Assembly: GCA_902806405.1 (NCBI GenBank) | Contig: CADCWL010000035.1 | Span: 18,928 to 82,927 of the forward strand | Length of the DNA: 64,000 nucleotides | Reading direction: 5' to 3' | DNA from: an uncultured Thermomicrobiales bacterium | GTDB taxonomy: Bacteria; Chloroflexota; Chloroflexia; Thermomicrobiales; UBA6265 | Part shown: positions 57,366 through 64,000 of the stretch, piece by piece | Numbering within the stretch: position 1 is the stretch's first letter | How the letters are laid out: every line of letters starts with the position of its first letter | Position numbers and translations under genes: made by a program | The notes under the pieces: model-generated | Told to the model about the DNA's origin: nothing | The model's database searches: none | Seen by the model: the letters and a program-made list of their open reading frames with translations, nothing else

Positions 57366-58200
57366 CGTGCCCTCCCTTCGCCGCGACAGACCGGATCGAG
57401 CCGGTCATCGCCGACACTGCGTCGTCGATCGTAGCCCGCCTGGGGTCGAGCTCCTGGACGACCTCACCGAGGCGAAGAACGACGATTCGGTCCGCCACCT
57501 CGAAGACGTGCGGCATGTTGTGGCTGATGAAGACGACGGGAACGCCGTTGTCGCGCACCTGCCGCATCAGGTCGAGCACCATCGCCGTCTGCGCTACCCC
57601 CAGTGCGGCGGTCGGCTCGTCCATGATCACCACCTTGCTCGCCCACATCACGGCGCGGGCAACCGCCACCCCTTGCCGTTGCCCGCCCGAGAGGGTCACC
57701 AACCGCCGGCCGAGATCCGGTACACGCACCCTCAACCGGGCAAGCTGCTCCTCCGTCTCCCGGCGCATCCGCCGCCGATCGAGGAACCCAAGGCCCCCAA
57801 GCGGCCCCGGCAAGCGGTACTCCCGTCCGAGAAAGATGTTGGCGACCGCGTCGAGGTGGGGTGCGACCGCGAGGTCCTGGTAGACGGTCTCGATGCCCAG
57901 CCGGCGCGCTTCCTGCGGTGAGGCCAAGCGGACCGGCCGGCCGTCGAAGACGATCTCACCCCCGTCGTGCGGTAGGACCCCGGTGAGGACGTTGATAAAG
58001 GTCGACTTGCCCGCACCGTTGTCGCCGATCAAGGCAACGATCTCGCCCTCCCGGACCTCAAAGTCGACGTGCTTCAAGGCGTGGACCGGTCCGAAGAACT
58101 TGTCGATGCCGCGAGCTTGCAGGAGCGGCCCGCGGCCGGCGTCGGTCCGCGCGGTCTCTACACGATCCAAGGGTGCGTGGCCTCCCAGCGCGTCTCGCAC
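57355..58200 (-). CDS. ABC transporter ATP-binding protein (single NBD)
   Basis: Walker A GDNGAGKST, signature LSGGQRQGVAVARA, Walker B VVIMDEPTAAL. TTG 58170, preceded by GGGAGG, is an alternative start. Confidence 0.9.
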   Translation of the reverse strand: MRDALGGHAPLDRVETARTDAGRGPLLQARGIDKFFGPVHALKHVDFEVREGEIVALIGDNGAGKSTFINVLTGVLPHDGGEIVFDGRPVRLASPQEARRLGIETVYQDLAVAPHLDAVANIFLGREYRLPGPLGGLGFLDRRRMRRETEEQLARLRVRVPDLGRRLVTLSGGQRQGVAVARAVMWASKVVIMDEPTAALGVAQTAMVLDLMRQVRDNGVPVVFISHNMPHVFEVADRIVVLRLGEVVQELDPRRATIDDAVSAMTGSIRSVAAKGGHGGR

Positions 58201-58218
58201 GTCCGTCCGGGGCCGCCC

Positions 58219-58246
58219 ACTCTACCCGGCCCACACCCGTCGTCAA
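58219..58246 (-). promoter_or_regulatory. Candidate promoter of the ABC operon
   Basis: Minus strand reads TTGACG, a 16-nt spacer, then TAGAGT. Confidence 0.4.
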
Positions 58247-58285
58247 GCAATCGGCCGCCGCGCATCGCCCACAACAGTAAGAGCG

Positions 58286-58314
58286 TTGTCCCCGTTATTC
58301 TCCGAGTCTAGACT
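58286..58314 (+). promoter_or_regulatory. Candidate promoter of coaBC
   Basis: Plus strand reads TTGTCC, a 17-nt spacer, then TAGACT. It lies ~190 nt upstream of the coaBC ATG. Confidence 0.3.
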
Positions 58315-58503
58315 GCGGCGGCCGCGAGCAGGATGCCATGTCGAGCCGTCCGCATGTAAAGTCCCGGGGTCTCCCACTCCATTCGGGCGAGATTGGCAAC
58401 GGCGCAACGCGACGACGAGGGAGCAGGGACGCTCGATGGGGAAAGCAACCGCTGGCGCCGTGCCACCCTTAGCGACGAGGGCGCCTGACCTGGCCGGCGC
58501 CGT

Positions 58504-59721
58504 ATGAGCGCGGTTCCCGGGCCCAATGTGATCCTCGCGGTCTCCGGCGGCATCGCCGCCTACAAGGCCGCCGAGGTGGCCAGCCGACTGGTCCAGCAGG
58601 GCGCGACCGTCGACGCGATCATGACCGCCGGCGCCCAGGAGTTCGTCCGGCCCCTCACGTTCTCGGCACTTACCGGGCGCGCAGTCCACACCGACGCCTT
58701 TGCCCCATGGACGGAGAGAAATCGCGGGCACATTACGTTGGCCCGGGAGGCGGACCTGCTCCTGGTCGCGCCGGCCTCGGCGAGCGCGCTGGCCCGCTTG
58801 GCGGTCGGGCTCGCCGACGACCTCCTGGGGGCCGTCGCGCTTTCCACGGTCGCCCCTCTGGTGGTCGCCCCGGCGATGGAGCACGCGATGTTTCACCATC
58901 CCGCCACCCAGGAGCATCTCGAGACCCTGCGCCGGCGGGGTGCCAGCGTCGTCGGCCCGGAGCGGGGCCGACTGGCCTCGGGTGCCGTCGGCGACGGCCG
59001 GTTGGCAGCCGTCGAAGCGATCGTTGGGACGTGCTGGGCGATCCTGGGCCGCGCCGGCGCGCTCGCCGGTCGCCGGATCGTGGTCACCGCCGGCGGCACC
59101 CGCGAGCCACTCGATCCGGTTCGGTTCCTCGGCAACCGATCGAGCGGCACAATGGGCTTCGCCTTGTCGACGTCCGCCCGGGACCGGGGCGCCGCTGTCC
59201 ACCTGGTAACCGGCCCCACGTCGCTCCCATCTCCGGCCGGGATTACGGTCGAGCGCGTGGAGACCGCGCTCGAGATGCGATCTGCGGTGGAGGCAGCGGT
59301 TCCCACCGCCGATGCGCTGATCATGGCGGCGGCCGTCGCCGACTTCCGACCCGCCACCCCTTCGGCTCAGAAGTTGAAGAAAGGGCCCGGCGACACCGCC
59401 CCCGAGATCCAACTCATCCGCAATCCGGACATTCTGGCATCGGTCAGCGCGCCTGGGCTGGTCAAGGTCGGTTTTGCCGCGGAGACGGAGAACCTGGTGC
59501 CGAACGCTTCAGCGAAACTGGCGGCGAAAGGACTGGCGATGATTGTCGCCAACGACGCCGCCTCGACCGTGGGGAGCGCGGAGATCTCTGCCGTCATCCT
59601 TCAGCCGAACACCCCGCCCCGACAGCTCCCGTCGATGCCCAAGTCGGAGCTCGCGGGGCTGATCCTCGACCACCTCCTGCCGCTCCTTCCCCGGCGTACC
59701 GGGGATGGCGGCGACGAATGA
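58504..59721 (+). CDS. coaBC: Bifunctional phosphopantothenoylcysteine decarboxylase / phosphopantothenate-cysteine ligase
   Basis: Flavoprotein motif ILAVSGGIAAYKAAEVASRL...APASASALARLAVGLADDLL. CoaB half VTAGGTREPLDPVRFLGNRSSGTMG...AAAVADFRP. Confidence 0.93.
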   Translation: MSAVPGPNVILAVSGGIAAYKAAEVASRLVQQGATVDAIMTAGAQEFVRPLTFSALTGRAVHTDAFAPWTERNRGHITLAREADLLLVAPASASALARLAVGLADDLLGAVALSTVAPLVVAPAMEHAMFHHPATQEHLETLRRRGASVVGPERGRLASGAVGDGRLAAVEAIVGTCWAILGRAGALAGRRIVVTAGGTREPLDPVRFLGNRSSGTMGFALSTSARDRGAAVHLVTGPTSLPSPAGITVERVETALEMRSAVEAAVPTADALIMAAAVADFRPATPSAQKLKKGPGDTAPEIQLIRNPDILASVSAPGLVKVGFAAETENLVPNASAKLAAKGLAMIVANDAASTVGSAEISAVILQPNTPPRQLPSMPKSELAGLILDHLLPLLPRRTGDGGDE

Positions 59722-60038
59722 ACCGAGCTCCCCGCCTTGGAGGGCGGAACGTCCAGGTTCTTCGTTCCCAGCTCGCGCTGGAGGTCGCGCTCACGGTCTA
59801 CGCCGCGGTGGCGGCAGCCCTCCTGGTGCGCCTGGGATTGCTCGCGCTTGCAATCCCGGCTCGCGTCTGGAGCGGGGAAGTCGTTTACGCCGCCACTGCC
59901 CCGTTCGTCGCGCCGCTGACGCGGCTCCCCGGCGGCACGGCCGGCATCTTCGGCGCCGCTACGCTCGCCGACGTGACGACGTTCGTGATCTTCGCATTGG
60001 TGCCTCTGGTGCTCCTCGCGCGCGACCGCTCGCGCTAG
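59718..60038 (+). CDS. Small integral membrane protein (possibly YggT-like), coupled to coaBC
   Basis: The ATG overlaps the coaBC stop (ATGA). Two hydrophobic segments (ALEVALTVYAAVAAALLVRLGLLALAI and LADVTTFVIFALVPLVLLA). Confidence 0.55.
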   Translation: MNRAPRLGGRNVQVLRSQLALEVALTVYAAVAAALLVRLGLLALAIPARVWSGEVVYAATAPFVAPLTRLPGGTAGIFGAATLADVTTFVIFALVPLVLLARDRSR

Positions 60039-60188
60039 CCACCGAACCGGCCGACTTGCCCTGCAGTCGGCGGCAAACATCGTGCACGCCCGTCCCCGAG
60101 ATCCTAGACTAACGGCGTCGGACGATCGCAGGGTCGGCCCGCCCGGGCATCGGGCGAGCCCGGACGATAAAGGAGTGGGAAGACGAGT

Positions 60189-60296
60189 ATGGTGCGCAAC
60201 ACGGTCCGAGGCATCCTCGGCTTGGTCCTGGCGGCGGCCGCCACCTGGCTCGCCAACTTCATCGTCGAGAAGGTGTTCGGTCCTGAAGAAGCCTAG
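60189..60296 (+). CDS. Candidate 35-aa single-pass membrane peptide (below the ORF-track size cut-off)
   Basis: MVRNTVRGILGLVLAAAATWLANFIVEKVFGPEEA. About 31 of 35 codons end in G or C. AAAGGAGTGGGAAG lies upstream. It ends 35 nt before the lipid kinase gene. Confidence 0.45.
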   Translation: MVRNTVRGILGLVLAAAATWLANFIVEKVFGPEEA

Positions 60297-60331
60297 GAGA
60301 ATCGCGCGCAGGCCTTTGTGACGCAACGCCC

Positions 60332-61240
60332 ATGACCGCCGGTCATCATCCGCTGGTGCCACCGCGGCGCATTGGAGTTGTAGTCAATCCCGCGACACGG
60401 CAGGGGGCGCCCCAACTCATTCAACTTCTCCGTCGCGCCGCCCCCCTCGGCGTGGAACTTGAGGTCCTCCCCACGACCGAAGCGGGGGCCGGTATCGCGC
60501 TTGCCCGGGATTTAGCAACTCGGGCCGATCTCGTCGTTGCCGCCGGCGGCGACGGCACGGTCGCCGACGTGGCGACCGGCATCCTCGACAGCGGGACGCC
60601 CCTCGCGATCGTCCCCGGCGGTTCGACCAATATCACCGCCCGCGAGCTTGGCATTCCCGGCAACCCGAAGCAGGCCGTTGAGCTCCTGTTCGGGAACCAC
60701 CAGCTGAGGGCGATGGACGTCGGGCGCTGCGGGGACCGGTGCTTTTTGCACATGGCCGGTGCGGGCCTTGACAGCCGGTTCTTCGCGGGGGCGGATCGAC
60801 GCCTAAAGCGCCGCGTTGGCTGGCTTGCCTATCTCCCACCGGCGGCTTTGGCGCTCCGGATGCCACCGGCGCTTATATCCGTCCAGGCGGACGACCGGAC
60901 CGTAACCGCGCTCTCGCCGTTGGTCGTGATCGCGAACGGCGGATCGATCATTACACCCGCTCTCCGACTCGACCATGCCATCAGCACCGACGACGGTTGG
61001 CTCGATATCCTGCTCTTTACAGCGGCCAAGCCGATCCCCATGGCGCGGACGCTGGGAAGGCTTGCAACCCTGAGACTGAGTGAGTCGCCTGACCTTTGGA
61101 AAGCGAAGGCGAAACGGATCCAGCTTACGGCGGAGCCCGATTTGCCAGTGCAGATCGATGGGGATGTCGTCGGACACACCCCAGCGACATTCTCGATAAG
61201 TCCGAGCGCGATCCAAGTTGTCACGCCCGTGCAAGATTAG
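60332..61240 (+). CDS. Diacylglycerol/lipid kinase family protein (YegS/BmrU-type)
   Basis: Catalytic-domain motif VVAAGGDGTVADV...PLAIVPGGSTN. C-terminal accessory domain ending VQIDGDVVG. Confidence 0.85.
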   Translation: MTAGHHPLVPPRRIGVVVNPATRQGAPQLIQLLRRAAPLGVELEVLPTTEAGAGIALARDLATRADLVVAAGGDGTVADVATGILDSGTPLAIVPGGSTNITARELGIPGNPKQAVELLFGNHQLRAMDVGRCGDRCFLHMAGAGLDSRFFAGADRRLKRRVGWLAYLPPAALALRMPPALISVQADDRTVTALSPLVVIANGGSIITPALRLDHAISTDDGWLDILLFTAAKPIPMARTLGRLATLRLSESPDLWKAKAKRIQLTAEPDLPVQIDGDVVGHTPATFSISPSAIQVVTPVQD

Positions 61241-61315
61241 GGTCGACACGAGAGCAAGTAGCCCTCACCTACGATCGGTGTTGCGTCCACCTTCTCGCCA
61301 ACGTCGTTACCATCA

Positions 61316-62335
61316 TCAGCCGAGCGGGTACGTCTCGTCGGCGCCGTATCCCATATAGAAAGGCTCTCCCCCAACATTCGGGTTCTCAAATCGCGTCAAT
61401 GAACCATCCGAGGTAGTGACGAGAAAATTCGGAGCCGTAAAGTAATCGGTAGCTGTCCCGGCAGCCAGTTCTCCGGAGAAGAGAACTTCCCCGCTTCCGG
61501 TCTCCACGGTGACATAGATCGGACCGTCAGCGATTACCCGGATTGTATCCATGCCAGGTTCGGCCCCGGAGAACTCGGGTTCCGCAGTTGCCGTCACCGC
61601 CGGCTCGATGACGGACGCTTCACGGGCTGGCTCGGGCCTCAGCGGTAGGGGCGTCTCCACCAGACCGGTAGGAGCAGCAGATGCAACGGTCGCCGCAATC
61701 GTCGGCACCACCGCCACCGTCCGCGCCGTCGGGCTCGGCTTCGGCGTGCTCGTCGCCTCTCGGACAATGGCACGGGGGGTCGGCGAGGGAATTGCCGCGG
61801 AAACGTCAGCCTGGCGGGAGGAGGTCGCGGAGACCTCGCTCTGCCGCGGCGTCACGACGGCGGGGACGGAAGTCGGGCTTGGCACATCGGCCAACGCCAA
61901 ATTGGCCACCGGCGTGACCGTCGGCAACGGCTGCGACGAGACGGTTGCGGGAATCCGGCTGTCGGCGAACGAGGCGCTGTAGACCCAGGCGAAGACGATT
62001 GCGCTCATCACGACCAGAAAAGCGATGATCGCGAAGTTTGGGGCCCAGTGACTCGGCATGTCGAGCGGCTTAACGGCCGCGACGAGTTCCGCCGTCGCCT
62101 CCCCGCCACGCGCCTCCTCGAACATCGGCAGTAGTTTGCCGGGGTCCAGGTCGAGGTAGGTCGCGTAATTGCGGACGATGCCGCGTTGGTAGATGAGCGG
62201 CGGCAGGACGCCGAAATTCTCGTCCTCGAGGGCAGCAAGGTGATGGCGGTTGATCCGCGTCGCCTGCTCCGCCTCTTTCAGCGTAACGCCTTTGTAGGCG
62301 CGTGCTTGTCGTAGCGTGTCGCCGAAGACAGCCAT
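61316..62335 (-). CDS. rodZ: RodZ-like cytoskeleton/HTH membrane protein
   Basis: N-terminal XRE-type HTH (LRQARAYKGVTLKEAEQATRINRHHLAALEDENF). TM segment FAIIAFLVVMSAIVFAWVY. Pro/Thr/Ser-rich linker. C-terminal beta domain resembling DUF4115. Confidence 0.75.
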   Translation of the reverse strand: MAVFGDTLRQARAYKGVTLKEAEQATRINRHHLAALEDENFGVLPPLIYQRGIVRNYATYLDLDPGKLLPMFEEARGGEATAELVAAVKPLDMPSHWAPNFAIIAFLVVMSAIVFAWVYSASFADSRIPATVSSQPLPTVTPVANLALADVPSPTSVPAVVTPRQSEVSATSSRQADVSAAIPSPTPRAIVREATSTPKPSPTARTVAVVPTIAATVASAAPTGLVETPLPLRPEPAREASVIEPAVTATAEPEFSGAEPGMDTIRVIADGPIYVTVETGSGEVLFSGELAAGTATDYFTAPNFLVTTSDGSLTRFENPNVGGEPFYMGYGADETYPLG

Positions 62336-62505
62336 CCTTGCCCCGTCGGCTCCCCCGTCACCGAACGCGGATGCGCTCGGTCCCCCGTGCCAGCGGCCCC
62401 CGAAGTGCGCCGCCTCCAGCCTAGGCGCCGCACGGGCCGTTCGTTATATCGTGCCGGCGGCCAGCATCCCGACGATCTCCCCAATGTGGGATTTATGCTA
62501 TCAGG

Positions 62506-63963
62506 TCATGAACCGCCCCGTCGCAGCGGCTCGCTCCGATGGTGGGCGACGACCGCGTCGAGGATCGGCGTTGGCTGTCCATGGCTCGACACGTCAGTCC
62601 GGGACAGCCAGATTGCATCGACCGGGAGCCACCAGCTTCCGAGCGTCGTCTCGCACGGCATACGCTCGTCCGGGTCGACGACACGGCGGTGAGTGAAGGC
62701 CCACTCGTTGGCGCACCACCCCCGTCCTCCCCCTTCCGCGGGACGGTAGTCACGGCACATCCGGCAGGTCCGCGGGAGGTCGGGCGCCACCCGTATCGTG
62801 AGATCGACCGGATCATCGCGGTCGTCCCGATGCGTCTGGACGACCACGTCTTCTACCGGCTCAACCGCTTCGGGCAACGACAGCGATTCAGCGCGGAGCG
62901 CCGGCTCTGCCCGCGGCGGTGCCCCTGCCGCAACCGAATCGGCGACGAATGATTGGTCGTCCCCGGCGATCGTTCCCCACCGCTCCGCCACCTCGTGCGC
63001 TGGCACCGGCGGCGGATCGAAGCGGAAGGGACGACGACGTCCGTGCAGGAGAGACGACGCTTCCTCCCGCCGCTCCATGGGGAGATCGAGCTCCGGCACC
63101 GCCTTGACGGTCGATCCTCGCGAGGACGGCGCACCGGCCGTTCGCTCGCGCGGCACCGGGACGAGTGACGGCTCCGGCGGTCGCCGGTCCACGCCCCGAC
63201 CTCGGTCCTCGTCGCGGACCCTGACGCTCCCCGTGATCCGTCGAATGGACGTAAGCGCGACAGGAGACTCGGCTCCCATTCGATCGGGCGGCACAGTACG
63301 GGCGGCGCGGCCATCGACTTCGGCCGTCCGGTCGACCTCCTCCTCCTGCTCCTTGCCCGGCACAACGGACCGCGTACTCGCGTCGCTTTTAGCGGGATCA
63401 GGCGCCATCTGCCGCCGCGCGACGGGCGCGAGGTCAAACTCGGGATCGACCGCCGGCACCGCGTCGTCGTCCCGGTCCCGCACGGGACGGGAGAGCCGCA
63501 GCGACGGCTCGGGCGGTCGCACGGTAGGGGAGGTCGCGATCGTGGAACGCACTTCGTTGGCATCATCGTGCGTTCGGTCACCGGCGACCGCCGAAGCGAC
63601 TTCTCCCCCCTCTGTCAACGTGGGCCGCTCGGTGGGGCGGCCCCCTCCGAGCGTCTTCGCACGATCCCGGTAGGTCTCCCGCGCCTTGATGATCGCCGCC
63701 CGGGTGTCGACCAGGCGGGATGCCGCCGCGTCGTCGTTTTGCCAAGTCCAGTCGCGCTCGCTCTCCGCGATCACGAGCGTCTCCCCGACGACAACGTCCT
63801 CGTGGACCCGCCCGCTGTCACCGCCCCCCGCCGAAGCCGAACGCGACTGCACCACCGCCGCGATCTCGGCCGGCGTGGCGGGCGGCTCGCGGCGCTCCCG
63901 GAACCGGTCCATTGCCCCGTCCATTGCCGGTGCGGCCGCCGGGGCGCTCGCCTCTTGGCCCAA
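62506..63963 (-). CDS. Uncharacterised protein: long Arg/Pro/Asp-rich, disorder-like region plus a ~90-aa Cys/Trp-containing C-terminal domain
   Basis: C-terminus: CRMCRDYRPAEGGGRGWCANEWAFTHRRVVDPDERMPCETTLGSWWLPVDAIWL. The frame stays open to the window edge (64000), so the true start may lie outside. The first start in the window is TTG 63963. Confidence 0.6.
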   Translation of the reverse strand: MGQEASAPAAAPAMDGAMDRFRERREPPATPAEIAAVVQSRSASAGGGDSGRVHEDVVVGETLVIAESERDWTWQNDDAAASRLVDTRAAIIKARETYRDRAKTLGGGRPTERPTLTEGGEVASAVAGDRTHDDANEVRSTIATSPTVRPPEPSLRLSRPVRDRDDDAVPAVDPEFDLAPVARRQMAPDPAKSDASTRSVVPGKEQEEEVDRTAEVDGRAARTVPPDRMGAESPVALTSIRRITGSVRVRDEDRGRGVDRRPPEPSLVPVPRERTAGAPSSRGSTVKAVPELDLPMERREEASSLLHGRRRPFRFDPPPVPAHEVAERWGTIAGDDQSFVADSVAAGAPPRAEPALRAESLSLPEAVEPVEDVVVQTHRDDRDDPVDLTIRVAPDLPRTCRMCRDYRPAEGGGRGWCANEWAFTHRRVVDPDERMPCETTLGSWWLPVDAIWLSRTDVSSHGQPTPILDAVVAHHRSEPLRRGGS

Positions 63964-64000
63964 TGGCGCCCAAAGGTCGTGGGACCACTCATCGCGGCAT

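Overview
High-GC bacterial chromosomal window. The protein sequences look Chloroflexota/Thermomicrobia-like, but that is inference only. The window is dominated by core genes, almost all on the minus strand. From right to left these are: a sugar ABC transporter; rpoB-rpoC; the str cluster (rpsL-rpsG-fusA-tuf); a complete S10-spc-alpha ribosomal protein cluster (rpsJ to rplQ, with secY-adk-map but no infA); and truA-rplM-rpsI. Next come three small hydrolase/isomerase-type genes on the plus strand, then a pyrimidine operon (pyrC-carA-carB-pyrK-pyrD-[decayed cax]-pyrE) joined by 4-nt GTGA/ATGA start-stop overlaps. The left end is a DNA-repair neighbourhood: ligA, a DnaQ-exonuclease/GIY-YIG fusion, a family-4 UDG, and the 3' part of a dnaE2-like polymerase. 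The right end carries coaBC, a YegS-type lipid kinase, a rodZ-like gene and an uncharacterised Cys-containing protein. I recognised no tRNA, rRNA, CRISPR array, transposase or integrase. I did not find a self-contained novel multi-gene system such as a defence island. The observations most worth a second look are: (1) the UDG plus exonuclease/GIY-YIG operon divergent from ligA; (2) at least two clearly decayed genes (an RNase J remnant, and a cax pseudogene embedded in the pyr operon), plus a start-less histidine phosphatase and a 0.77-kb unassignable stretch; (3) a consensus promoter and terminator-type leader in front of pyrC, with no pyrB or pyrR nearby; (4) unusually long, repeat-bearing or hairpin-bearing spacers inside the str, rpoBC and S10 operons; (5) systematic terminal extensions of ribosomal proteins, including an RGG-rich tail on S5. 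Many long ORFs in the six-frame track are antisense shadow ORFs typical of high-GC DNA and were rejected. Several listed ORF starts are over-extended, so my preferred starts are given in the features.
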